This document shows positions 22,736-35,089 of a stretch of 64,000 nucleotides of DNA, piece after piece. The notes under the pieces are model-generated. The model was not told the DNA's origin and searched no databases. It saw only the letters and a program-made list of their open reading frames with translations. Position numbers and translations under genes: made by a program. The DNA is from a virus (Duplodnaviria; Caudoviricetes): the IMG/VR virus record IMGVR_UViG_3300028048_000047, positions 96,001 to 160,000 of that record; one strand, 5' to 3'. Every line of letters begins with the position of its first letter. Positions within the stretch are counted from its first letter, which is position 1.

Positions 22736-23197
22736 ATGAATGAAAAACGATATTCTCATGATGCTATTGTTATAGTAGACCATTTAAAAAAAGATTTAAT
22801 TTATATCGATGGTAAAGATGAATTATTGGAACTTGCAGAATATGTAGATATATTACAAGAAGAGAATCTGAAATTAAAATCATTTATTAAACAGAAACAA
22901 TGGACTGGTGGAATAGAAATGACTGAAAAACGATTTATAATTGATGTTGAAGAAACAACACAAGAAAATGCTTTATTTGAAAATGGTAAATTCGTTTGTT
23001 TTGAAGATGATACTGATGAGTATTTGAAAAAAATAAATGAAATGTCAGATGAAATTGTACAGTTAAAACAATTCCAAGAACAAGTTACAAGTGTTATTGA
23101 AAGTAAAATGGGTGATAATGTATGCAATGATTACAAAATGGAAGTGTTGAAAGAGATATGGGACGAATTAGAATTAGATGAAGTGTGGTTTGAATGA
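22736..23197 (+). CDS. in-frame fusion of two array cassettes (second head at 22919)
   Basis: MNEKRY..ENLKLK..WTGGIE-MTEKRF. Confidence 0.7.
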   Translation: MNEKRYSHDAIVIVDHLKKDLIYIDGKDELLELAEYVDILQEENLKLKSFIKQKQWTGGIEMTEKRFIIDVEETTQENALFENGKFVCFEDDTDEYLKKINEMSDEIVQLKQFQEQVTSVIESKMGDNVCNDYKMEVLKEIWDELELDEVWFE

Positions 23198-23464
23198 GTG
23201 AAAAACAATTCAAAAAGATGTGGGATAATCATTATGAAAACATTCTAACAATTGGTAACCTAAAAGAAGTAATTAAAGATTTAAATGATGATTTACCAAT
23301 AGAATGTAGTGTTCATAAATTAGATAATACTTACATTATTAAAGAAGCATCTTTATGTGGTAATATGGTCGAAGAACCTATCTTACAATTAGAAATTAAA
23401 ACGGATTGGGAACTAACTGAAAGAGATGAAAAAGCATTTAAAGAATGGTGTAAGGTGGAAGATA

Positions 23465-23803
23465 ATGACTGTAAATAAACGATTTAAAGGTGGACAAGGG
23501 AAGGTTAGTGATGTTGGAGAGGATTTAATATTTAAATTATTATGTTTAATTGCAGAGGAGAATCAAGAGTTACGAACAAAAAACAATACTTATATTCAAG
23601 ATATAGAAACATATAGAGAAGAAAATACTCATTTAAAGTTAGAGAATGAAGAGTTAAAGAATAATATGAAAATTAAATTATGCAATAACTGTATTTATTG
23701 GCGATTGGGTACTGCGGGTCTTAATGATAATTATTGTAGTTTAACTGATGAATGGGCAGATTGGGAAGGGACTTGTGAAAAATGGAAGGGTTATCATGAC
23801 TGA
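23465..23803 (+). CDS. array-family protein (MTVNKRF), Cys tail
   Basis: Head shared with 25494. Confidence 0.75.
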   Translation: MTVNKRFKGGQGKVSDVGEDLIFKLLCLIAEENQELRTKNNTYIQDIETYREENTHLKLENEELKNNMKIKLCNNCIYWRLGTAGLNDNYCSLTDEWADWEGTCEKWKGYHD

Positions 23804-23909
23804 AAACGATTTAAAGAAGTTATTTTCACATGGATAGATAGTGGTGGTGAATATCATTATGAAAGAAGAATTGTTAGGGATATTAAAAAAGAAAAGGAGT
23901 TGAAAAAAG

Positions 23910-24221
23910 ATGATTGAAAATGCACGATTCCTATTTGTCATTGACAATGGAGAACCAACATTTTATGATTTAAGTAAAAAAGGCAAAACAATGGATATGA
24001 ATGAAACAGAAGATATGTTAAATGAGTTAAACAATGAGAATAATGAATTAAAACAATTCCAAGAAAAAGTATTTGATTGGATTGATAAAGAAATTTCTCA
24101 AAATGAAGAAGCAATTGAATGGGGAGAAAAGCAAGGTGCAGATGTGGGTGCAATGGGTTTTTATACAAATATGCTTAAAATGTTCCAAAAGGATTTTGCA
24201 GATGGACAATACAATAAATAG
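23910..24221 (+). CDS. array-family protein (MIENARF)
   Basis: Tail shared with 43486. Confidence 0.75.
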   Translation: MIENARFLFVIDNGEPTFYDLSKKGKTMDMNETEDMLNELNNENNELKQFQEKVFDWIDKEISQNEEAIEWGEKQGADVGAMGFYTNMLKMFQKDFADGQYNK

Positions 24222-25292
24222 TTACCATGATATTTTAAAATAGAGGCACGAAAATGAATGATGAGAGATTTTGTATTTATAGTAAATCAACTGATAGTAA
24301 TGTGTATGATAGAGTTGAAGACCAATATTATAGTTGGGATACTATTGTGGATTTATTAAATCATATAATTCCAAATGATGCAGATGTTTTAGAGTTGTTG
24401 GATATTCATATTGAAAATAATAAAACATTAAAAGAAAAACAATTGGATTTTATTGTTAATTTATTATTTGATATTCGTTGTTATAGTGATGTGCATTATA
24501 ATGAATTATTGGGTGGTGAATTAGCAAGAGCAGAAGCGTTAGGGTTTAATGTTGAAGATTCAAAAAATTGGGATTATGATGAAGAAAGTTATGAATTTTG
24601 GAAAAAGAAGTTACAAGAGTGAGTGGACGGGAGGTGTTGGAAAAATGAATTATGAAGAAAAATACACTTGTAAAAAAATTGAAAACCCAGTAACAAAAGA
24701 AGTAAATAATTATATACAATATAATGATACCACTATATTAAAATTAAATTCAATAACTGATTGTAAGAATGTATGTCAATTATTGAATAGACTTGATGAT
24801 ATAATTGAGGATTATAAATCTTCAATTGAATTAAAAGAAGAGGGGATGGTGTGTAAAAATGATATATGGGATACTTGGGAGTTGATTAAACCAGTTGCAA
24901 ATATGGTTTTATGGAATTGGGGATTAAAATTAGTAGGTGCAAATGATTCTTATAATCTTATTTGTTTTGATACTGAAAAATTTGAAAAAAAATTAATTGA
25001 AACAATTGAAATTAATAAAATGGTTTAAATAAAAAAAGTATGGGTAAATGAAAGTAAAGGATTTCCTTGTTAATTTTGTGAAATTGGAGGATTAAATTAT
25101 GAGTGAAGAAAATATACATATGAATTGTGAGAATTATAATCCTAAAAGGGATATGTGTCTTAAATGGTTTGAAGAAAATGTGTCAGAGAAATATAAGATT
25201 TGTAAAGAATACTCTGAATTTGATGATAAAAAGTTAAGTATGAAATGGAGTAATTAAATTAATGAAATGTTATTGTAATTTAAAGTTTAAAA

Positions 25293-25307
25293 CGAAACAT
25301 TTATATG
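25293..25307 (+). promoter_or_regulatory. archaeal BRE-TATA promoter (CGAAA-CA-TTTATATG)
   Basis: Shares TTTAAAACGAAA with the 12687 promoter. Confidence 0.7.
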
Positions 25308-25493
25308 TGATGATTTACTAATAATGTAATAGTAAGTCAAAAGAATAAAATAAATTTTAAGGAGTGAAAGAAATGACTAAAAAAGTGATATTTGAAATGG
25401 ATGTATTTGAATTGATTGAGTGGATAAATAATAATCCGTTAACTATGGCTTATTTATATGCTCTTGAAAGAAATGGTATTTTAGGTGGAAAGA

Positions 25494-25757
25494 ATGACTG
25501 AAAATAAACGATTTAAAGGTGGACAAGGGGAAGTTAGTGTTGTCAGGGAGAATTTAATATTTAAATTATTATGTTTATTTGCAGAAGAGAATCAAGAATA
25601 TAGGGAAGAAAATACTCATTTAAAGTTAGAGAATGAGAAGTTAAAAAATGTTATAGTATTTGCTTATACACTTATGAGTCTGAACACTATTTCAGATGAA
25701 GAATATTCTGAGTTTTATGAGTTATGTGAAAATATGGGGGTGAGTTTGAATGACTGA
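25494..25757 (+). CDS. chimeric array-family protein (head of 23465 + tail of 25750)
   Basis: Direct alignment. Confidence 0.8.
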   Translation: MTENKRFKGGQGEVSVVRENLIFKLLCLFAEENQEYREENTHLKLENEKLKNVIVFAYTLMSLNTISDEEYSEFYELCENMGVSLND

Positions 25758-26082
25758 AAAATGGATTATTAAAAATGGAGAAATTGTAGATACAACCAAT
25801 AATATAACCTTTGATTCATTCATGGAAATCATAATAGTGCTAAACGGACAATCAAGACAATTAACTCAAATGTCAAAAGAAAATAAGAAGTTAAAATCAA
25901 TTTGTCAAGACCATCGTGACCATGCAATTGATTTTAAAGCAGATTGTGTAAGATTAGAAAAAGAGAATAAAGAGTTAAAAAATATTATATTATTTGCTTA
26001 TACACTTATGAGTAAAAACACTATTTCAGATGAGGAATATTTTGAGTTTTATGAGTTATGTGAAAAAGTAATAAAACAATAG
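25750..26082 (+). CDS. array-family protein (MTEKW)
   Basis: FAYTLMS.NTISDEEY tail. Confidence 0.75.
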   Translation: MTEKWIIKNGEIVDTTNNITFDSFMEIIIVLNGQSRQLTQMSKENKKLKSICQDHRDHAIDFKADCVRLEKENKELKNIILFAYTLMSKNTISDEEYFEFYELCEKVIKQ

Positions 26083-26093
26083 GATTTGTAAGA

Positions 26094-26645
26094 ATGATTG
26101 ATTATAAAAGTATAGCCGAATTTTATTTAGAAATTTGTAGTAGAATATCAAAAACAATTTATGAAGCAGAACAAAATGAAAAAACAAAGGAAGATGCTAA
26201 AAAAGATTTTGATAGTATGTATTGGAGTTTTGATAGAGCAAAAAGTAGAGCGCATGATGTTTTACAAATGCACAAATATTGGAATGAAAAAGACTTTGAA
26301 CACTATGGTTTAGAACAATTATCCAGTACAAGACATCGTATAGAACATTTTTTAGAAGATTGTTTACTTACTTACCCTGATTGTTGTTATACTTTTGATA
26401 AATATGATGATATAATTATAGATTATTATAAACCTATTAGATTAAATGGGGGTCAAGAACATCATGAAAAATGGAAAAAATATTATAAATTGAACCATAA
26501 AAGGATTATGATTAATTACGGGTTAGTTAGGGATTTGAAAGGAGCATATGATTATGTGAAAGATGATGAGAAACACTTAATTGATGAAATGATGAAATTA
26601 TGTAAGAAATTAGAAGGTTATGATGAAGAAATGGCAAACGATTGA
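26094..26645 (+). CDS. hypothetical protein
   Basis: 183-aa ORF. Confidence 0.65.
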   Translation: MIDYKSIAEFYLEICSRISKTIYEAEQNEKTKEDAKKDFDSMYWSFDRAKSRAHDVLQMHKYWNEKDFEHYGLEQLSSTRHRIEHFLEDCLLTYPDCCYTFDKYDDIIIDYYKPIRLNGGQEHHEKWKKYYKLNHKRIMINYGLVRDLKGAYDYVKDDEKHLIDEMMKLCKKLEGYDEEMAND

Positions 26646-26663
26646 AAAGGAGTTACAATAGGA

Positions 26664-26918
26664 ATGACTAAAAAAAGATTTGAGATAAATAATCTTGTAA
26701 AAAAAGGCACTATGAGTTTTTGGGATAATGAAAGCAAAGCAATTTTAAATGCAAGTCATACACTTGATTTATTGAATGAATTATCAGAAAAGAATGATGG
26801 ATTAAAAAAAGACTTGTTTGAAACAAGAAAAGATTATTTGATTGAAACTGCCGACATCTCCGATAAATTATATTTGGACGAGATGATTGAAAATGAACGA
26901 AAGGAGATATTTAAATGA
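26664..26918 (+). CDS. array-family protein (MTKKRF)
   Basis: RKEIFK tail shared with 48368. Confidence 0.75.
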   Translation: MTKKRFEINNLVKKGTMSFWDNESKAILNASHTLDLLNELSEKNDGLKKDLFETRKDYLIETADISDKLYLDEMIENERKEIFK

Positions 26919-27355
26919 AGGAATGTTGTGCAAATTGTCAATATTTCAGATTATTAAACGATTTTGAAATGTATTGTACTAAAAAGGAGAGTTATACATT
27001 TCATTTGAATATTTGTGAAAAATGGAAAATGATGAGATAAAAATAATGACTGAAAAAAGATTTACATTTAATAGTGATACTGTTGCAACAAATTTAAAAA
27101 CACCTATTGTTTATGATAATAAAATAATGAATATATGGGAAGTATTAGAAAAATTAAAAATGGAGTTGAAACTATGACTGATAAACCAATTGTTCCTCCC
27201 GAACAATTTCTATATACTCTAATCAATCAGATGATGGATAAATATGAATCTCATCCATTAACAAGAGCTGTATTTGAAATGGGCTATGTTAAAGAAGGTT
27301 ATAGGTTAGATTGGAATAAAAGATTAGATGAAAATGGAGAATGGAGTTGTAAAAA

Positions 27356-27631
27356 ATGACTGAAAATAAACGATTTAAATATTCATATTCATTGGAAAAA
27401 GTATATGACTGCGATACTTTCAATGGAGAAACAACAGAAAGTTACGGGACATTTGAATGTTGTGATATGTTAAATCAGTTAAATGATGAGAATGAGCAAT
27501 TAAAATCTGAAAACAGAAATCTTAAAATCACTATTAGTGCAAGAGATGCATTAATTGAAGTTTGCGAGGAAAAATTCAGGGAATTAGGATTCATTATAAC
27601 TGTTGATGATAATGGATATGTGATAGAATGA
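27356..27631 (+). CDS. array-family protein (MTENKRF)
   Basis: LNDENEQLK. Confidence 0.75.
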   Translation: MTENKRFKYSYSLEKVYDCDTFNGETTESYGTFECCDMLNQLNDENEQLKSENRNLKITISARDALIEVCEEKFRELGFIITVDDNGYVIE

Positions 27632-27732
27632 CTGAATATTATATATATATATATGGATACAGAAGATAAATTACCTGCTATTCTCCCAAAATATAATTAT
27701 TATTGTACCTACAAGAATGAGGAGGAAGATGG

Positions 27733-28209
27733 ATGACTGAAAAACGATTTTATGTTGATAAAAATGGGGATTTTAGAGATACCAAAACTGGTAATATTAT
27801 AGTTGATTTTGGTTATTCCTTTAATGGAATGGACTGCAAAATGATTTTAGATTTGTTAAATAAGTTAAATGATGAATGCGAGTTTCTTGAAATTGAAAAT
27901 GAATCATTGGAAGATGGTGCAACAAAATATGCAGAATTATATCATAAATCATTAAAAGAGAATGAGGAGTTAAAACAACAATTAAAAACAAGAGTAATTG
28001 TTAATAAACAGTATGAAGAACTCCAAAGACTTAAAAAAGAGAATGAACAGTTAAAAAAAGTATTAGGTGCAATATTACTTGAAGTGAGAAGAGATATTTC
28101 AAATACGAATCAAACTGGTGAAATAAAAGTATTTATCAATCCTAATAGTTTTGATTTAATTAGTGAAGTATTAAAGAAGTATGGAGCATTAAAGGGATGG
28201 TATGAATGA
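27733..28209 (+). CDS. array-family protein (MTEKRF)
   Basis: Head domain near-identical to 43486. Confidence 0.8.
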   Translation: MTEKRFYVDKNGDFRDTKTGNIIVDFGYSFNGMDCKMILDLLNKLNDECEFLEIENESLEDGATKYAELYHKSLKENEELKQQLKTRVIVNKQYEELQRLKKENEQLKKVLGAILLEVRRDISNTNQTGEIKVFINPNSFDLISEVLKKYGALKGWYE

Positions 28210-28511
28210 CTAAAAAACGATTTATTTTAGTTGAATATGTTAATAAAGGATTGTTTATTCAAGATAATGCTAATGATGAAACACAATATTTTCAAGGGAG
28301 TAAAGCATCATTAGAAAAAGTTGTTAATTTGTTGAATAATTTAAATGATGAGAATGAGCAGTTAAGACAACGAAACACTAACCAATACAATCAATTAACT
28401 GAATTATGGGAAATAATTGAAGAAGAAAACTGGGAAAAACTAATTGCAATGAAGAAACAATTAAAAGAAGATGAGGAACGATTACAAAAAGAATGGGGGT
28501 GTTATGAATGA
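28206..28511 (+). CDS. array-family protein (MTKKRF)
   Basis: LNDENEQLR. Confidence 0.75.
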   Translation: MTKKRFILVEYVNKGLFIQDNANDETQYFQGSKASLEKVVNLLNNLNDENEQLRQRNTNQYNQLTELWEIIEEENWEKLIAMKKQLKEDEERLQKEWGCYE

Positions 28512-28721
28512 CTGAGATAGCATTAAGTTGTATTGATTGGGCTATCCTATTATTTGAAATGTTAATTGCTATGATTATCTTTGCAATCGTGAAAGGATGG
28601 TATGATAGTAGAAGATGGGAAAATCATATTTATCAAATATTGGAGGAATATCGTGCTAAATATGGGGTAGATAGTGGTTGTGAACTGTTATTGTATAGGA
28701 AAACAAATAATGAGGTGGAAG

Positions 28722-29252
28722 ATGACTGAAAAACGATTTAAGATGAAAAAACTTGAATATGAATCCTATTTTATTGATTCTCAACAAGAGTATGTTGATG
28801 AAGATGAGCCGAATTTTAAGATTGATGGTGAAAAAACATTGTCAGATTCACAAATTCTTGATTTATTAAACGAGAATGAACAGTTAAAATCTGAAATAAA
28901 AGATTTGAATGATGTACTTACAAGATACGAAGAAAAGGATTTACAAAAAATGAAGAAGGATACTCATATGGATGATGAATTAAGTTCTGATGAATTTTTT
29001 AAGAAATACATGGACGAAATGGACAAAGTGGGTTATGAAGTATTTGGGATTCGTTATATGGATGATTATGTTAATCTTTTCCCAAGTGAAGATGAACAAG
29101 CAGTTCGTGATAGTTTAACAAGATTTGCAGAATCATTCCATAAAGGACATAATGCCCTACCTGTTATAATATTGGTTAATAAATATTATATTAAATCATG
29201 GTTAGAAACTGGTAATGTTAAGGACGGTTATGGTAATTTGGTTAAATTATAA
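28722..29252 (+). CDS. array-family protein (MTEKRF)
   Basis: ENEQLKSEIKDLND shared with 45202. Confidence 0.75.
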   Translation: MTEKRFKMKKLEYESYFIDSQQEYVDEDEPNFKIDGEKTLSDSQILDLLNENEQLKSEIKDLNDVLTRYEEKDLQKMKKDTHMDDELSSDEFFKKYMDEMDKVGYEVFGIRYMDDYVNLFPSEDEQAVRDSLTRFAESFHKGHNALPVIILVNKYYIKSWLETGNVKDGYGNLVKL

Positions 29253-31429
29253 AAATTATGTAAAATACTATTTTATGATAATGAAAAAAATTAGTTATAA
29301 TTGTAAATAATTTTGAAGGAGAGTTATAACTTGTGAAAAAAAAGAAGTTTATTAATTTTACTGACCGTGAAAAATATTGTATAATGATGGGTGTATGTTT
29401 AGGTATGATAACTATTCTTACAATTTTATTGCTTTACCTATATTTACCAGAAACCTCAGTACTTGAACAAACGGCGATAGTTTGTTTTATTGGAGGGGGA
29501 GTAGTAATGTATGTATGTAAATGGATATTGGAGGAGTAATGAATGACTGAAAAAATTATTATTGAAATGGAAGTTACTGATTGTTTTCATTGTAAGTTTT
29601 TAAATTCAAGTGATACTGGTGAAAATTGTAGTATATTACGAAAGGGTATTCAAGAAGATGAATGGAGTAATATTAATTTCCAATTTGAAGAGGGTTGGAG
29701 ATATGAGAAATGCCCTTTGTTCCATAGGGGGTATATTTGTAGAAATTGTGGAGTGAAAGTACTGGAATTGGGAGAATGATTGATGAGTTATCTTTAATAA
29801 TTATGTTAATAGGGGTAGTGTTATTCATTGTTATCACATATTTTCATAGTGATTTTGAAAATTCACTTAATAAAATAATGGATGAATCTTGTTACTACTG
29901 TATCTATTCAACTGAACCATATACTATAAGAAATGAGGATAAAAATACTTGTAAAAGAATAAATAATCGTAATTGGACAAGTAATCAGATAAGAAATTGT
30001 AGATATAGGGTGAAAGAATGACTGAAAAATATTGGGTTAAGTCTATCATAATGAAGAAAGTTTTGAAGATATGGATTGTAGTGCCAAAGGAGGAAGTATG
30101 ATGAAGTTACCATATTTTCTTTTCAGTAGTTTTAATAGAAAATCACTTGTTTCATTTAAAAATTTAAAAAAGAAGGAAGATAGAAGTTATGATTATATCT
30201 TTGGTATTAATGGATATTATAATTTTCAAACTAAAAGTAAATATCATATGATAAGGGGTTTTATTGAATGAGTGAAAAACGATGTCATAGATGTGATAAT
30301 GTAATTAACAGTATAATTTACTGGGATAATGGGATATGGTGTTATTGTTTGGATTGTAGTCATTATATTATTCAAGAGTTGTATGGGTGAATTTGAATGA
30401 CTGACGATTTATTGATAAAAGTAGGGATGATAATAGCATGGGCATGTAACACAATTACATTTTATAAGAGATATAACCTTAACAGAAAGATGATAGAGGA
30501 ACAAGATGATTAAAAAAGATATTATACGAAAGTTTAAATCAAACTGGGAATATACCGAAGATGAAGAATGTTTCACTATAAAAGGTGATTTAGTTGAACC
30601 TATTGTTGTTGATGGTTGGACTCTTGATGGTGTTAATATTAACTTACCGAAGCATATGGTTTATAGGGATTATGAAGTCTTTTGGAGTGAAGTGAAAGTT
30701 AAAGAATTAGTTAAAGGATTAAATAATAAAGATATACCTTTTTATGTGGATGGTAATTTGAATTTTCGTTTAGAGAATATTAGTATGAATATTTATAGTA
30801 ATGATGAATAAGAGTAATATGAGAGTGATGTTATGGGTACTCGTATGGATGGTACTGATTTCCAAAGATGGTATATGGATAAGTATAATGATGTAATTAT
30901 TATTTTAAATGATGATAATCGTGGATTATATGCAGAATATCTTGAAGATAAAAAGAGAGAAAGAGAACAACTAATATGGATTATTTGTGGAATCTGTACA
31001 ATAACTTATATTATTATTTGTATTACATATATATTTCCAATTATAAATTTATAAAATTTGTAAAAAAATGGAGTGGAATATAAAAAAAATAAGATGGTTA
31101 GTAAGGAGGTAGTAAATGTTATTGAAAGGAATATCATTAGATAATAAAATTATTAAAAAAGCAATTTTCAGATTATATGAGTGTGATACATTACTTGATA
31201 TTACTTTTATAGATAATGATGATTGTGAAATAATTAATATGGGTTTTGCATTACACGAACTCGGGGAAGTTGACCGATTGCGTGATGGTTTAATAAATCA
31301 AGGAATAGTAGTGAACTGGACATTGACTATAACTTGTGATGATGAGAGTATGACTGCTACAATGGATTGCTATGAAAATAAGGATTATTCATTCAATGAT
31401 TTTTAAATTAAATTGGGAGGGTGTGATTT

Positions 31430-31735
31430 TTGGATAAAGTACCATTAAAAACATTGTTTAATAATGCAAAAAAGAATAATCGTAAGAGTAATAGATATTC
31501 TGTTGAACATATGTGTCGGAGTAAACAGAATATCGGAATAATGAATGTATCCAAGGTACATTGCACTACTTGTAAGAAAAAATATATGTATTTGTATAAT
31601 TACAAGGAACATGGAGAATATAAATCATTTAATTCAGTTGATTTAAATAAATTAAAACAAAAAGCCATTAGTAAAAACTTACCTTGGATTATAACAAATC
31701 AAGACAAATTGGAGAGAATACTTAAAAAAGAATAA
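31430..31735 (+). CDS. single-copy paralog of the 12751 repeat domain
   Basis: NIGI..VSK..C..C.KKY.YLY..SVDL..LK.K..KNLPW. Confidence 0.7.
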   Translation: MDKVPLKTLFNNAKKNNRKSNRYSVEHMCRSKQNIGIMNVSKVHCTTCKKKYMYLYNYKEHGEYKSFNSVDLNKLKQKAISKNLPWIITNQDKLERILKKE

Positions 31736-31768
31736 ATAATGAAATATGTGTTATGGTTGGTGATTTGT

Positions 31769-31987
31769 ATGGTTAGAAAACAATTTAAAAAAGGGGATTT
31801 TGATGAAGATTGTGAAAGGTTTGTAGCTTTTAAAAGAGATGAATCTTATAATTTATATGATATTGTTGATACTGAAAAATTAGATTATGTGGGTTTTATT
31901 GTGCCTTATAATGACTATAAAGAGTGTGAAAGAGATTGTAATATAATGAATGTAGTAGATTATCTTTTAAAAGAGTTACAAGGATAA
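31769..31987 (+). CDS. paralog of 46317..46538
   Basis: FKKGDF.EDC.RF..DIVDTEKLDYVGFI..NIMNV.DYLLKEL. Confidence 0.75.
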   Translation: MVRKQFKKGDFDEDCERFVAFKRDESYNLYDIVDTEKLDYVGFIVPYNDYKECERDCNIMNVVDYLLKELQG

Positions 31988-33530
31988 ACTGAAAAAGAAA
32001 AAAAAGTTTTTGGAGTTTGTGAGGATGTATATTTTATGAGAAAGATTAGAACATTTATGGATTACTTATTATCAGATGTTAGTTATGAACATCAAAAACA
32101 TAATTATAGTACTATTTATGGTAAAATCATTTATCCAGTAGCAATTAATCCATTAGAGTATTATCATTGTCATAAATCAAAGGATTATAATAAAATATTT
32201 AATAACAAAAGTAAATATAATATAATAAGGGGGAATAGATATGTCATTCAAATTAGACCAAGAACACGAAGAAATATTCACAAAAATAATATATGATGAA
32301 ATCCATGAAAAAACCACAAAAGAAACCATAAAAGAAATGTTACAAGAATATAGTACAACAGGGAAAAGTACACGGACAATAAACCGACAACTACTAAACC
32401 CAAATTATAGTACAAAAACAGAAGACTACAAAAAATTAAAAATAAAAATAGTATTAGAAGAACCCGAAGAAAACTATCCAAAACCATTAGGAGTAGAATA
32501 ATAATAACCGAAGTAAATATATTATAGTAAGATAAAAAAAAAGGTGGTTTTTTATATGACATTACCTGATAAGAAAAATTTAAAGGATATTCAAATGTTA
32601 TTAAGAGAATATGATTCTATATTAACAGAAATTTTAAAGTTGGAGGATAAGTATGATAAAACTTATCCACGAACAAGTAGTGATGAATTGTATGGTATGT
32701 ATATTCGTATAAATGGTAATTTAGCACCAATTAAAAGTTATTATGAAGATTTGAAAATAATACCTTATCAAGACATTGTTAAAGATAATTATAAATTAAT
32801 TAAAGAGTATGGTACTGATGCATATGATATGCGTGAATTAAAAAGATTATCAGAGCATGAACATGAAGTGTTGAATCATCTATTAAAAAAGATTATATGA
32901 TGTGTGGAATTGTTAACCAAAAAAAGTTAAAAGTGAATTTGAGTGGGAGAAGAGAAATGACCATTGAAGATTTAATGTATTATCTCCAAGAATATTTAAC
33001 CGAAGAAGAAAGAAAAAGATATTTACAGTCATTATATTATCGGAAGCAGATGATTGAATATGGTGTTTTGAGTAAAGGTCAAATGATTGAATTAAAAAAT
33101 AAGTGGAGTTGTAATGAATGACAAGTATGTTCTTATATGATATTTGGATGGATTGTTTAAAAGAATTTCAAGAAGATTATATTGATGATTATTATAAACA
33201 AATAACAGAGTATAAGAATAAGTTATTGGATATTGGTTATTATGGTGAAGTTCGTGTGGATATTATTAGTGGGGGTAGTGTTGATGATTTTAAGTTGATT
33301 GATGGGGTTGTTCATATTTGTGGGGGGATATATCATATACATGATACTATTAAGAATATTGAATATGAAGTTAATTTAAATGAAGAAAAGGATAGGATTA
33401 TATTCTGCTTGAAGGATTATTTTATTTTAAACTTCTCGGATTATCCTTGCATACTTTACAGTCCTAACATATATAATGAACACATAAAAAATATTAAAGA
33501 AAATAAAATAAAAGAATTAAAGGAAATGAA

Positions 33531-33704
33531 GGAGAGATGAACTAAATGAATTACTTAAAAATAATATTAATTGCAATAGGCAGTATAGGTATAACACATT
33601 ATAATTATCAACTAAATGTACCCAATAATTTAACAATAATATTATTAATCAGTTTAATAGCACTAATACATGGATGTACAATAAGAACGGAGAGATGAAC
33701 TAAA
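33531..33704 (+). repeat. 16-bp direct repeat GGAGAGATGAACTAAA (33531-33546, 33689-33704) flanking a 50-aa membrane ORF (33546..33698)
   Basis: Read directly; the repeat contains SD and stop codon. Confidence 0.8.
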
Positions 33705-34582
33705 ATGTTAAGTTTACAAGAGAAATTGAACCGTATACGGAATAAATATGATATGATAATCAAATGCCAAAAACATATCAATGAAAGTTACGAAAAACTA
33801 AACAGTAACAATTATGACAATGAAGTCAATAACTTAAAAGGATTATGCAAAACACATAACCTATGGTTAAACGAATTAACAGAATATCTTGATGATTACT
33901 TTAATATAAACTCAAAATGGAGTTTTAACCATTTCCGAATAAAACAAGGATGGAAATGTTATATAATAAAACCACCAAAGATACTACCTAAAACCAGTAA
34001 AGAATATGTACTATTAAAAGAATTACTCGTAAAATTACATAAAAAATATAGTCTATGCAATGGGGGTATAAGTTATGCTTTTACTCGTGTGGAAGACCAT
34101 ATGTGGGAAATAGATGATAATACAAAAGATACTGAATTAATAAATAAATTAATGAATAAAAGTAATAGAATAGGATTAATATGACTGATAATATCCCCTT
34201 GTTTGATTATAACGATGATGAACTATCTTACTGTGATTATACAGATGATGAACTATATTACTGTGTAAACCAGTGCAAATATTATAATTATTATGATGGT
34301 TGGTGCCATTATTATGATAAAGATACTTGTGAAATCAGATTATCTGAATGTAAGATTGTAAAAGAAAAAGTAGGTGATTGAGAATGTTAAGTGAAAAACA
34401 ATTAATTGGTTCATTTCTATTAGGAATACTTACAGGTATAGCAATAATAGGTTTAATTGCATGGTTTTCTGTGTATGGTTATGATTTTTGGAATCAATAT
34501 AAAGAATTGATTGGAGGATTCATAATGGGATTTGGAATAATGTATTGTATTCATAAAATTGATTGGGGAGTAAGTGTTTAGA

Positions 34583-35089
34583 ATGTCTACAAATAAACGA
34601 TTTAATTTAGTTAAATGTAAAGGAAACAGATGGGGAATTGAAGACAATATTTTAGAAAAAGAAGATACATTATTTTTTATTTGTAGAGAAGGACAATTTG
34701 AAACAAATGGATTAGTTTTGTTATTAAATCAATTAAATGATAAAAATGAACAATTAGAAAAAGAAAATCTTGATTTAACAGAAGAATTGGATTATTATAA
34801 GACTAAATGTGCTTCATTGGAAACTGGTTATATTAAGGCAGAAGATGAAAATTGGAGATTGGAAAAAACAAACATGGAATTTGCAAATGAATTGGGGAAA
34901 ACCATTGATGAGAATGAGCAGTTAAAAAATGAAAAAGAATCATGGAAAAAATCATGGATTGAAGAAATGGAAGCTCAGGAAGAACAATCTAAATGTATAC
35001 TTAAATTAGTAAACGAAAATGAAAAGTTAAAATCAGAATTGGGATATTATAGATTAAGAGATACTCCAAAATGGAGGGCAAAATGGTAA
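34583..35089 (+). CDS. array-family protein (MSTNKRF), long coiled coil
   Basis: Multiple ENEQLK heptads. Confidence 0.75.
   Translation: MSTNKRFNLVKCKGNRWGIEDNILEKEDTLFFICREGQFETNGLVLLLNQLNDKNEQLEKENLDLTEELDYYKTKCASLETGYIKAEDENWRLEKTNMEFANELGKTIDENEQLKNEKESWKKSWIEEMEAQEEQSKCILKLVNENEKLKSELGYYRLRDTPKWRAKW

Noticed and set aside
34204-34263. 30-bp tandem duplication (DY.DDEL.YC x2)
   Set aside because: Ordinary intragenic slippage with no wider significance evident
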